This document shows positions 17,297-23,760 of a stretch of 23,760 nucleotides of DNA, piece by piece. The number at the start of each line of letters is the position of its first letter. Position 1 is the first letter of the stretch. The position numbers and the translations under genes were made by a program. The notes beneath the pieces are model-generated. The model was not told the origin of the DNA. It worked only from the letters and a program-made list of their open reading frames with translations, and made no database searches. The DNA is from Verrucomicrobiales bacterium (GTDB lineage Bacteria > Verrucomicrobiota > Verrucomicrobiia > Verrucomicrobiales > SLCJ01). The stretch covers positions 1 to 23,760 of the forward strand of contig JBJTQJ010000034.1 in NCBI GenBank assembly GCA_046075565.1. Direction: 5' to 3'.

Positions 17297-17325
17297 ATCA
17301 TGCGCGTGCCCCGGCCTACTGGCAA
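17297..17325 (-). promoter_or_regulatory. sigma70-like promoter TTGCCA-17-CATGAT for the larE operon (probably leaderless)
   Basis: -35 at 17325-17320 and -10 at 17302-17297, 7 nt upstream of ATG 17289. Confidence 0.55.
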
Positions 17326-17390
17326 GGATTTCCGCCTTTCATCTTCCGAGACCTCCAAAGCGATTTCGTAAACTGCTTCGGTATCCGCGA

Positions 17391-17837
17391 TTACAAATCG
17401 GGCGGGAGCAGTGCGGGGCCGGCGTGTTGATCGAGCCAGTGCTGGAGAAGCACGGTGGCGGCGGTCTGATCGATAACGGCTTTTCGTTCCCGGTGGTCGC
17501 GTTTTCCGGCGCGGCGGAGGTGCTGGTCGGCTTCCACCGTGGTCAGGCGTTCGTCGGCGAACTCGATGCGAACTTCCGAGGGCAGGAGTGCGCGCAGTTT
17601 TTCCGCCCAAGCGCGGGCCTTGGCGGCGGCCGTGCCTTCGCGGCCATCCATCCGCACGGGCAGGCCGATGACGACGACCTCCACGGCGTGTTGGCGCGCG
17701 AGTTCGGCGACGCGGGTTTCTGGATGGGGCGTGGATTCCCGATGGATGGTTTCCAGCGGTCGGGCGACCACACCGAGCGGGTCGGAGAGGGAAACCCCCG
17801 TCCGCGCCTCACCGGGATCGATACCGAGCGCTCTCAT
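17391..17837 (-). CDS. ruvX: RuvX/YqgF (putative pre-16S rRNA nuclease / Holliday junction resolvase-like)
   Basis: MRALGIDPGEARTGVSLSD; VVIGLP; DERLTT; IDQTAATVLLQ. Confidence 0.95.
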   Translation of the reverse strand: MRALGIDPGEARTGVSLSDPLGVVARPLETIHRESTPHPETRVAELARQHAVEVVVIGLPVRMDGREGTAAAKARAWAEKLRALLPSEVRIEFADERLTTVEADQHLRRAGKRDHRERKAVIDQTAATVLLQHWLDQHAGPALLPPDL

Positions 17838-17863
17838 GGTTTTTGTCCTAAGTAGGAATATGG

Positions 17864-18004
17864 AACCACGAATGGACACGAATGAGCACGAATTTTCAAA
17901 GGAGTATGACTAAAAACCGCTTTCTCGGGTGGGTGAGTGGGCTCATTGCGCGCATTTCCGATTTTTGGTTCCCTATTCGTGTTACTTCGTGTCGATTCGT
18001 GGTT
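17864..18004. repeat. Inverted-repeat element with 30-bp arms, each made of three 10-bp nnnCACGAAT units (MITE/REP-like)
   Basis: Left arm AACCACGAAT GGACACGAAT GAGCACGAAT (17864-17893). Right arm reverse complement AACCACGAAT CGACACGAAG TAACACGAAT (18004-17975). Confidence 0.85.
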
Positions 18005-18011
18005 TTCAGGA

Positions 18012-19088
18012 TTATTGCAGTTCGGGGCCGACTTTGTCCACGATGGCCTTGATGCGTTCGGCCTGATCGCGGCGGGCGACGAGCAGCGCATCGTCGGTTT
18101 GCACGATGATGAGGTCGTCCACACCGAGCAGGGCGATGGTGGTGCCTGGGCGGGCATTAAAAATGATATTGCCGCCGGATTCGATGGTGGTGACCGGGCG
18201 ATTGGCGCGGTTGTCGGTCTCGTCGGCAGGCAGGTGGTTGGCGACGCTGGGCCATGAGCCGACATCGTCCCAATCGAAGGGCGCTTCGATGTTCAGCACC
18301 CGCGATGCTTTTTCCATGAGGGCGAAATCGATGGAGATTTTCGGCAGCGCGCCGAAGCGATCGGGCAAATCTGCGGGCAGGGAAGGGGAAGCGGCCAAGC
18401 CGCGGGCGAACTCCCCTAGCGCGGGTGCATGGGCGTCGAGTTCGGCGAGCACATCCGGGATCGACCAGACGAACATTCCGGCATTCCAGCAGAAATTCCC
18501 CGCTTCGAGATAGGTGGCGGCGGTGGCGGAATCCGGTTTTTCCCGGAATCGGCTCACCGTGAAGGGGGCGAGGGATTCCGGCACGCCGGGCACGGTGAGG
18601 CGTTGGCCACGTTCGATGTAGCCGTAGCTGGGGCAGGCCCAGGTCGGCTTGATGCCGAGGGTCACGATGGCGTGTTCGGCGCGGGCGCAATTGGTGGCGG
18701 CGGCGAGGGCGGCCCGGAAAGCGGCGGCATCTTGGATCAGATGGTCGGAAGGCAGGACCATCATCACGCCTTGCGGGTCTCGGGCGGCGACCCAACCAAT
18801 CGCCAGCGCGATGGCCGGGGCGGTGTCGCGGCGTTCCGGCTCGGCGACGATGTTTTCCGGCGCGAGCAATCCGGCGCAGGCCGCGCGGGCGGCGTCGAGC
18901 TGGATGGGGTTGGTTAGAACGAGGATATTTTCGGCGGGCACGAGTCCGTCGAGTCGGCGCACGCTCTGTTCGAGGAGGGTGGTTTCGCCGAAAAGTGGCA
19001 GGAGTTGTTTCGGGCGGGCATTCCGGCTCAGCGGCCAGAAACGGGTGCCGCTGCCGCCGGCGAGGATTAAGGCGAATGGGGCGCTCAT
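18012..19088 (-). CDS. manC: Mannose-1-phosphate guanylyltransferase (monofunctional, no isomerase domain)
   Basis: LILAGGSGTRFWPLSR..PKQLL; EPERRDTAPAI; PSDHLI; YGYI; FREKP; WNAGMF; ISIDFALMEKA; WDDVGSW. Confidence 0.94.
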   Translation of the reverse strand: MSAPFALILAGGSGTRFWPLSRNARPKQLLPLFGETTLLEQSVRRLDGLVPAENILVLTNPIQLDAARAACAGLLAPENIVAEPERRDTAPAIALAIGWVAARDPQGVMMVLPSDHLIQDAAAFRAALAAATNCARAEHAIVTLGIKPTWACPSYGYIERGQRLTVPGVPESLAPFTVSRFREKPDSATAATYLEAGNFCWNAGMFVWSIPDVLAELDAHAPALGEFARGLAASPSLPADLPDRFGALPKISIDFALMEKASRVLNIEAPFDWDDVGSWPSVANHLPADETDNRANRPVTTIESGGNIIFNARPGTTIALLGVDDLIIVQTDDALLVARRDQAERIKAIVDKVGPELQ

Positions 19089-19182
19089 GGTGAATTGGTC
19101 GCCTATTTTCGCAGGAGTGGCTGGAGTCGTCCAATTTCAATTCCCACGGGGAGCAAATTTTTCGGGACAAAGCAGCGGAAAA

Positions 19183-20172
19183 ATGCCATTCTCGCGGGAA
19201 ATTGTGAAATCGTCCCCCCCGATTGTCCGCCATCTCAGCCTTTTCCTCCTTCTGGGAGGGTCTGGCAGCCTTTGTGCGGAATCCGGAAAAATCCCCTACA
19301 CCCATGGGGATCCCACGCCGCTCGAGCAATTCGCCCTCGAAATGGCAAATCGGGCTCGTCAGGCTCCGCTGACCGAGTCCGGAGACTTGGGCGTCGACCT
19401 GAATGCCGGACTCTCCCCGAACCAAATTGGCGGTGAAGCGAAGCAGCCCTTGGCTTTCCACCCCGACTTGTTGGCGGCCGCCCGTCGGCACAGCCTCTGG
19501 ATGCTCGAAGCAAAACAATTCAGCCACACTGGTTCCGGAGGCTCGAATGCCGGCGAACGCATGGGAGCGGCGGGATACCGCTTTCTCGCCCCCTATCTGT
19601 GGGGGGAAAACATCGCTTGGCAAGGCGTCAAAGGAATCGGAAATCCGGCAGAACTCGTCCGCCGACTTCATCGCTCGATTTTCGCTAGTCCAACCCACCG
19701 CCTCAATCTGCTCGATGTCGACCACAACTCGGTCGGTCTCGGATTGCAGGCCGGGAACTACCAATTTGAGGGCGAGGTCTATCAAGCCTGCTTTTTGACC
19801 CAGAATTTTGCCCGTAGCGCCGGTTCACCGGAAATGGCCGGGCCGTTTGTCACCGGGGTCGCCTACCGCGACAGCAATGGCAATGGCCAATACGACCCCG
19901 GTGAGGGCAAACCGGGCATCCGCCTCAGCATCGAGGACGGCCTATATGAGACCTACACCACTTCCTCCGGCGGGTATGCCCTGCCTATCCTGGGGCCTTT
20001 CGGGGTGCGTTTGCGCCTGATTGCCGAAGAGCCGGGTCGGCCACGTCTCGTTAAGGAAATCGAGGTGCTTGATGTCCGGAATGTAAAGGTGGATTTCGTT
20101 GAACCGGTAATCCCCAGAAGGGTCAGGGTCGGGGCGTCCTCTTTCGGAGCTCCCGTGATTCGCGGCGATTGA
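19183..20172 (+). CDS. Secreted CAP (SCP-like) domain protein with a C-terminal SdrD-B-like Ca-binding Ig domain
   Basis: Signal-like LSLFLLLGG; NRAR, AARRHS.WM..FSHTG, GENIA, SPTHRLNLL, GLG, TQNFA; GVAYRDSNGNGQYDPGEG. Start is ATG 19183 or GTG 19204; the track's extension to 18649 is antisense to manC. Confidence 0.88.
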   Translation: MPFSREIVKSSPPIVRHLSLFLLLGGSGSLCAESGKIPYTHGDPTPLEQFALEMANRARQAPLTESGDLGVDLNAGLSPNQIGGEAKQPLAFHPDLLAAARRHSLWMLEAKQFSHTGSGGSNAGERMGAAGYRFLAPYLWGENIAWQGVKGIGNPAELVRRLHRSIFASPTHRLNLLDVDHNSVGLGLQAGNYQFEGEVYQACFLTQNFARSAGSPEMAGPFVTGVAYRDSNGNGQYDPGEGKPGIRLSIEDGLYETYTTSSGGYALPILGPFGVRLRLIAEEPGRPRLVKEIEVLDVRNVKVDFVEPVIPRRVRVGASSFGAPVIRGD

Positions 20173-20202
20173 TACAAAAAAGCCATCGAATTGGCTCGAG
20201 TG

Positions 20203-20310
20203 TGGAGTGCGGTGGCAAGCCTTGGCGCGACACCGCTTTGGGGATGGTCGATCCACCCAGGAAAGCGCCGTCGCCGCTCGCCAAAGGCTTCCTCTGCCGG
20301 CGCAGTCCAA
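20203..20310. repeat. REP-doublet-like palindromic element (TGGAGTGCGG..CCGCTTT / AAAGCG..GCGCAGTCCA)
   Basis: Imperfect inverted arms 20203-20239 and 20262-20310, each internally palindromic, 30 nt after the CAP gene stop. Confidence 0.7.
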
Positions 20311-20700
20311 CACATTTGCTATCCGTTTGCCCCACGACAAGGGCTGGTGAACCCTTGGCTTTAGTCAGAAGGTCCGAACCGTCCGGGCCTGCGAAAGAAT
20401 CGGGGATGTCTTCCCGCTCTTGCCCCGCGCACGCGTTGCCCTTGGCTGACTCCTGCGTTAATCCAACGGCATTGGGCGATCCGGCGGCGGTTGACCTCAC
20501 CGAAATTGCCGAAAAAGATCGCCGAAATTTTCACAAAATCATTAAAAGCATGTTGACTCTCCCATTGCCAACGGTTAGACCTATCTTTACATCGATAGGA
20601 CGCTGAAATTTTGACGGCAAAAACTGTCTCATGACGAGGAGTCCGCTCCCATACCGAATATTCAGCGTTGCGCGCAGCTATTTCCTTAAATCACAACACC

Positions 20701-23700
20701 ATGAAAACCATCAAGTCCGGTTTCCTCGCCCGTTTGTTTCTACTCGGGGCCATCATCGCGGGACAAGTCCACGCCCAACACGACCAGGTCCAGCAGGTGC
20801 GCAACCCGTTCACTCTGAACATCACGACGCCCTTCAGTCCGTTCGGGAACCGGCCCGATGTCAACAAATTCTGCGATGACGGGTCGTCCCTTCTGCTGGA
20901 TGTGAATGGTGCACTCATTTGGCAGGATCCCATTACTCGGGGGACAAATCAAAACTATGCCACCATTCGATTGATGCCGAATTCCGATTTGGCCAGCCCG
21001 CTCGCTGTTTCCGCGACCGAAGCTCTGGTGTGGGACAACGCCTTGGTTCCTCATGATGGCTATTACTCCCGCCCAAACGTGGCCGTTTCCTTGAATCGTC
21101 TCGATGCCACGACCGGCCAAACTACACCGCCGATCAGGCTTCCGAATATTTTCGGCAGAGAGGTCTTGGCCACTTCTCCGGTGACCATCGCAACCGGTTC
21201 TTACACGTTTGTCACTACCGAAAGGATCGACCAATACCCTATAGGCAATCAAAATCTTTTGCGCGACACTGGCTCAATTCGAATTTATCGGGTTACGGTA
21301 GGTGGGCAACTCCAGCAATTGGCAACACTGCCATCGCTGCAGCTCGATGAGGACGATTTCCGCGGCCCTGAGGTCAACGCTCTTGGCTACGGTTCGGATG
21401 GTTCGGTGGTCTTCCGTGTGGAGACATCCGGTGGGCCGGAAACCTACTGGGTCGATGCTTCGCGACCTGGCACCCCAAACACGGTCATTCGCGTCAATGG
21501 TGGCTTTGGTGGCGCGGTGGATGTCGATCAGGTTCTTTACACATCGAACCGCAGGTTGGTATACATCTCAGGCGCGGGCGTTGTTCAGGTCGTGAATCGC
21601 AACATCACCACAGGTGCGCAACAAGGATTCCCGGCCAACCTGGGCGGTGAGCCCGCTTTGCTGGCCGAAGCGGTGAACAAACTCGATTCCGGAATTTACA
21701 CGCATGTAGGAGAAACCCAGGTTTTTTATGCCGCCAGTGCGGCAAATGGTATCGTTGCGATACAGATCGCGGGGTCCTCTCTCATCGAGCTCTACCGGAC
21801 CGGCCCTCTCGGAGTAACGGTGGATTCCTGCTTCATCGAGAAGCGCAATCCAAACGATTTTTCGGCTGTGGCATACTTGGATGGTACCGGGGTGATATGG
21901 TTGCGCGACACGGGAGACCCGGCTACCAATGCCAGCGTCTTGACGCCCCAGGAGGTATCCGTCGAATCAGCTTCCCTGTTTGTATCCGAGGACGAGTTAG
22001 TCGTGTGGAACAACGGACGCCAACCTATCCCCGTCAGCGGACAGCCCAACCCAGCGGAGGTCACTCATTATTTCAACGATCTCCTCACGGATACGGACTT
22101 GTCGCCTTCAATTGAAGGCCGATTTATGCTTTCCACATCGCCCCGCTCCCTCGACTACTCCAGTTGGTATTTTTCGACCGCCGATAAAAGCACGTCCACC
22201 AGCATCATTTTCCGGGACTATCTTCTTGTGGATTCGAGCTTCCAACCAGACACAGACAACGACGGTCTCACGGATGCCGATGAACTTGGGGAGCACTTCA
22301 CCGATCCATCCGATCCTGACACTGATGACGACGGCCTGACCGATGGCCGCGAGGTCAACCCCTATGAGATTATCAACGGTGCCTACACCTGGGAACAAGC
22401 CCGTCAGGACGCCGTCGCCCGTGGCGGCCGCCTTATGGTCGCAGACACTGGCCCCAAACAAGATGGCCTTGCCCAGCAACTGGGAGGTTCGATCGCCGGA
22501 GCCAGTCTCTGGATTGGTGGCCATGACAAGATTACTGAAGGGAGTTATCGCTGGGTTGACGCGACTGGAAATCTGGCTGGAAGTAACGTCGTCGCGCCCT
22601 TGAACTGGGGCCCCGGCCAACCCAACAACCTGAACGATGCCGACGGCATGCGAATTCTCTCAGATTTCAAATGGGCCATGGCTATCGAGACCACGCAACT
22701 CGGTTATGTCATTGAATTTCAACCCACCAATCCGCTGGTGGCCGACATCATCACCTCTCCGGACGTGGACGGCGACGGGCTGACCTATGACGAGGAGACC
22801 CTCACCTTTAATACCTCACCCGTGCTCGCCGACACCGATAGCGACGGTTTGTCCGATGGTCGCGAGGTTCGCCCGTGGGAGGTTCTTCTCGGAGCCTACA
22901 CCTGGGAAGAAGCTCGTCAGGACGCCATCGCCCGAGGTGGCCGCTTGGCTGCTCCCGATACGGCCGCCAAGAATACGGAAATGTCCCGGCGTTTGAGTTT
23001 CCTGAAAACCCAGTTCTCCCTTCCCGCTACGAACAAATACTGGACTGGCGGCCATGACTCAATCACCGAAGGCGCTTACCAATGGGTTGACTCGGCTGGC
23101 AATACGGACGGCCCGGCTTTCGGCGGCGTGCCCCCGTGGGCGGTCGCCCAACCGAGCAATCTCGGCAATGCCGATGGCGTGCTCTTGCTGGCCGACTTCA
23201 AGTGGACGATGTCCGTCTTGGATGCTCTGAACCCCTACGTCATCGAATTCCCGGCCACCAATCCGCTGGCCAAGGACATTCCGAGGCACCCGGATGTGGA
23301 CAAAGATGGGCTCACCTATGACGAAGAAATAGCTGCTAGCACCGACCCCCTCGACTCCGACTCGGACAACGATGGATTGCTTGACGGGCGTGAAGTGAGG
23401 CCGTTCGAGGTGGTGACCGGCACGTTCACTTGGGAACAAGCACGACTTGATGCCATTGCCCGGGGCGGACGCCTCGCCGTGCCGGATACCTCTGCCAAAC
23501 AGATTCTGATGGAACGCCGGTTGGCTTACCTGAAGAGCGTGCAAGCCCTTCCGCTTGACGCCTCCTACTGGATTGGCGGGCACGATAAAGTCACCGAAGG
23601 GACCTACCAGTGGGTCGATGGCGGTGGGAACCTCGATGGCAGCAACCTGGCCTTCTTCAAATGGGCGAGCGGCCAGCCCAGCAACCTGAACAATTCCGAT

Positions 23701-23760
23701 GGCATGCTATTGCTTCCGAACTTCACCTGGGCCATGGCCGTGGAAGCAACCAAGTTGAGC
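20701..23760 (+). CDS. Large secreted adhesin-like protein (partial, >1020 aa): beta-rich N-terminal region, then Ca-binding (TSP3-like) repeats carrying C-type-lectin-like domains
   Basis: Open frame from ATG 20701 to the window end, absent from the track. Signal MKTIKSGFLARLFLLGAIIAGQVHA; DTDNDGLTD repeats; TWEQARQDA..RGGRL, WIGG.D..TEG.Y.WV, W..GQP(N/S)N. Confidence 0.9.
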   Translation, partial: MKTIKSGFLARLFLLGAIIAGQVHAQHDQVQQVRNPFTLNITTPFSPFGNRPDVNKFCDDGSSLLLDVNGALIWQDPITRGTNQNYATIRLMPNSDLASPLAVSATEALVWDNALVPHDGYYSRPNVAVSLNRLDATTGQTTPPIRLPNIFGREVLATSPVTIATGSYTFVTTERIDQYPIGNQNLLRDTGSIRIYRVTVGGQLQQLATLPSLQLDEDDFRGPEVNALGYGSDGSVVFRVETSGGPETYWVDASRPGTPNTVIRVNGGFGGAVDVDQVLYTSNRRLVYISGAGVVQVVNRNITTGAQQGFPANLGGEPALLAEAVNKLDSGIYTHVGETQVFYAASAANGIVAIQIAGSSLIELYRTGPLGVTVDSCFIEKRNPNDFSAVAYLDGTGVIWLRDTGDPATNASVLTPQEVSVESASLFVSEDELVVWNNGRQPIPVSGQPNPAEVTHYFNDLLTDTDLSPSIEGRFMLSTSPRSLDYSSWYFSTADKSTSTSIIFRDYLLVDSSFQPDTDNDGLTDADELGEHFTDPSDPDTDDDGLTDGREVNPYEIINGAYTWEQARQDAVARGGRLMVADTGPKQDGLAQQLGGSIAGASLWIGGHDKITEGSYRWVDATGNLAGSNVVAPLNWGPGQPNNLNDADGMRILSDFKWAMAIETTQLGYVIEFQPTNPLVADIITSPDVDGDGLTYDEETLTFNTSPVLADTDSDGLSDGREVRPWEVLLGAYTWEEARQDAIARGGRLAAPDTAAKNTEMSRRLSFLKTQFSLPATNKYWTGGHDSITEGAYQWVDSAGNTDGPAFGGVPPWAVAQPSNLGNADGVLLLADFKWTMSVLDALNPYVIEFPATNPLAKDIPRHPDVDKDGLTYDEEIAASTDPLDSDSDNDGLLDGREVRPFEVVTGTFTWEQARLDAIARGGRLAVPDTSAKQILMERRLAYLKSVQALPLDASYWIGGHDKVTEGTYQWVDGGGNLDGSNLAFFKWASGQPSNLNNSDGMLLLPNFTWAMAVEATKLS
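22246..23760 (+). repeat. Three tandem intragenic modules of about 171-177 aa (2 DxDxDG repeats + lectin-like domain)
   Basis: Units start at 22246 (PDTDNDG), 22759 (PDVDGDG) and 23290 (PDVDKDG); the third is cut by the window end. Confidence 0.9.

Noticed and set aside
17864-18004. CRISPR array
   Set aside because: The units are 10-bp tandem and inverted, with no unique spacers and no cas genes.
20169-20606. 145-aa ORF after the CAP gene
   Set aside because: Runs through a REP-like repeat and promoter-like AT-rich DNA, with no protein-like motifs.
20628-20660. Hammerhead ribozyme core (ATGACGA + hairpin)
   Set aside because: Lacks the exact CUGANGA and the GAAA directly after stem II.
22246-23760. 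Diversity-generating retroelement target (C-type lectin fold)
   Set aside because: No reverse transcriptase or template repeat in the window; the modules differ at all base types, as expected of old duplications.

Overview
GC-rich bacterial chromosomal window that looks like Verrucomicrobiota/PVC DNA. The basis is a PEP-CTERM protein, an H-X9-DG-type prepilin, a sulfatase, a DUF1080 protein, Tat-exported oxidoreductases and PVC-style intergenic palindromic repeats; the taxonomy is an inference. Left end: a minus-strand unit with a Fur/Zur-like 10-1-10 operator over its -10 box. It encodes an unusual prepilin with a 189-aa domain in front of the G|FTLVE cleavage site, then a His-motif PEP-CTERM protein; I read this as a candidate metal (Zn) scavenging surface system. 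Next come a sulfatase, two gene scars (a methyltransferase-like tail and a truncated nucleotidyltransferase after a small TA-like gene), DUF1080, a Gfo/Idh/MocA oxidoreductase and a polysaccharide deacetylase lipoprotein. These are followed by a doubly interrupted dynamin-like GTPase and cdsA-dxr. A tight minus-strand operon, larE-larB-larC-AKR-lpxA-EEP, has no larA in the window. After it lie ruvX, manC and a CAP-domain protein. The window ends in a >1020-aa secreted protein, missing from the ORF track because it runs off the end, with Cys-free C-type-lectin-like domains inserted into Ca-binding repeats. Four sigma70-like promoters sit so close to start codons that the mRNAs would be leaderless. 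No rRNA, tRNA, CRISPR array or intact transposase was seen. All family assignments come from motif recognition by eye, not from database searches.
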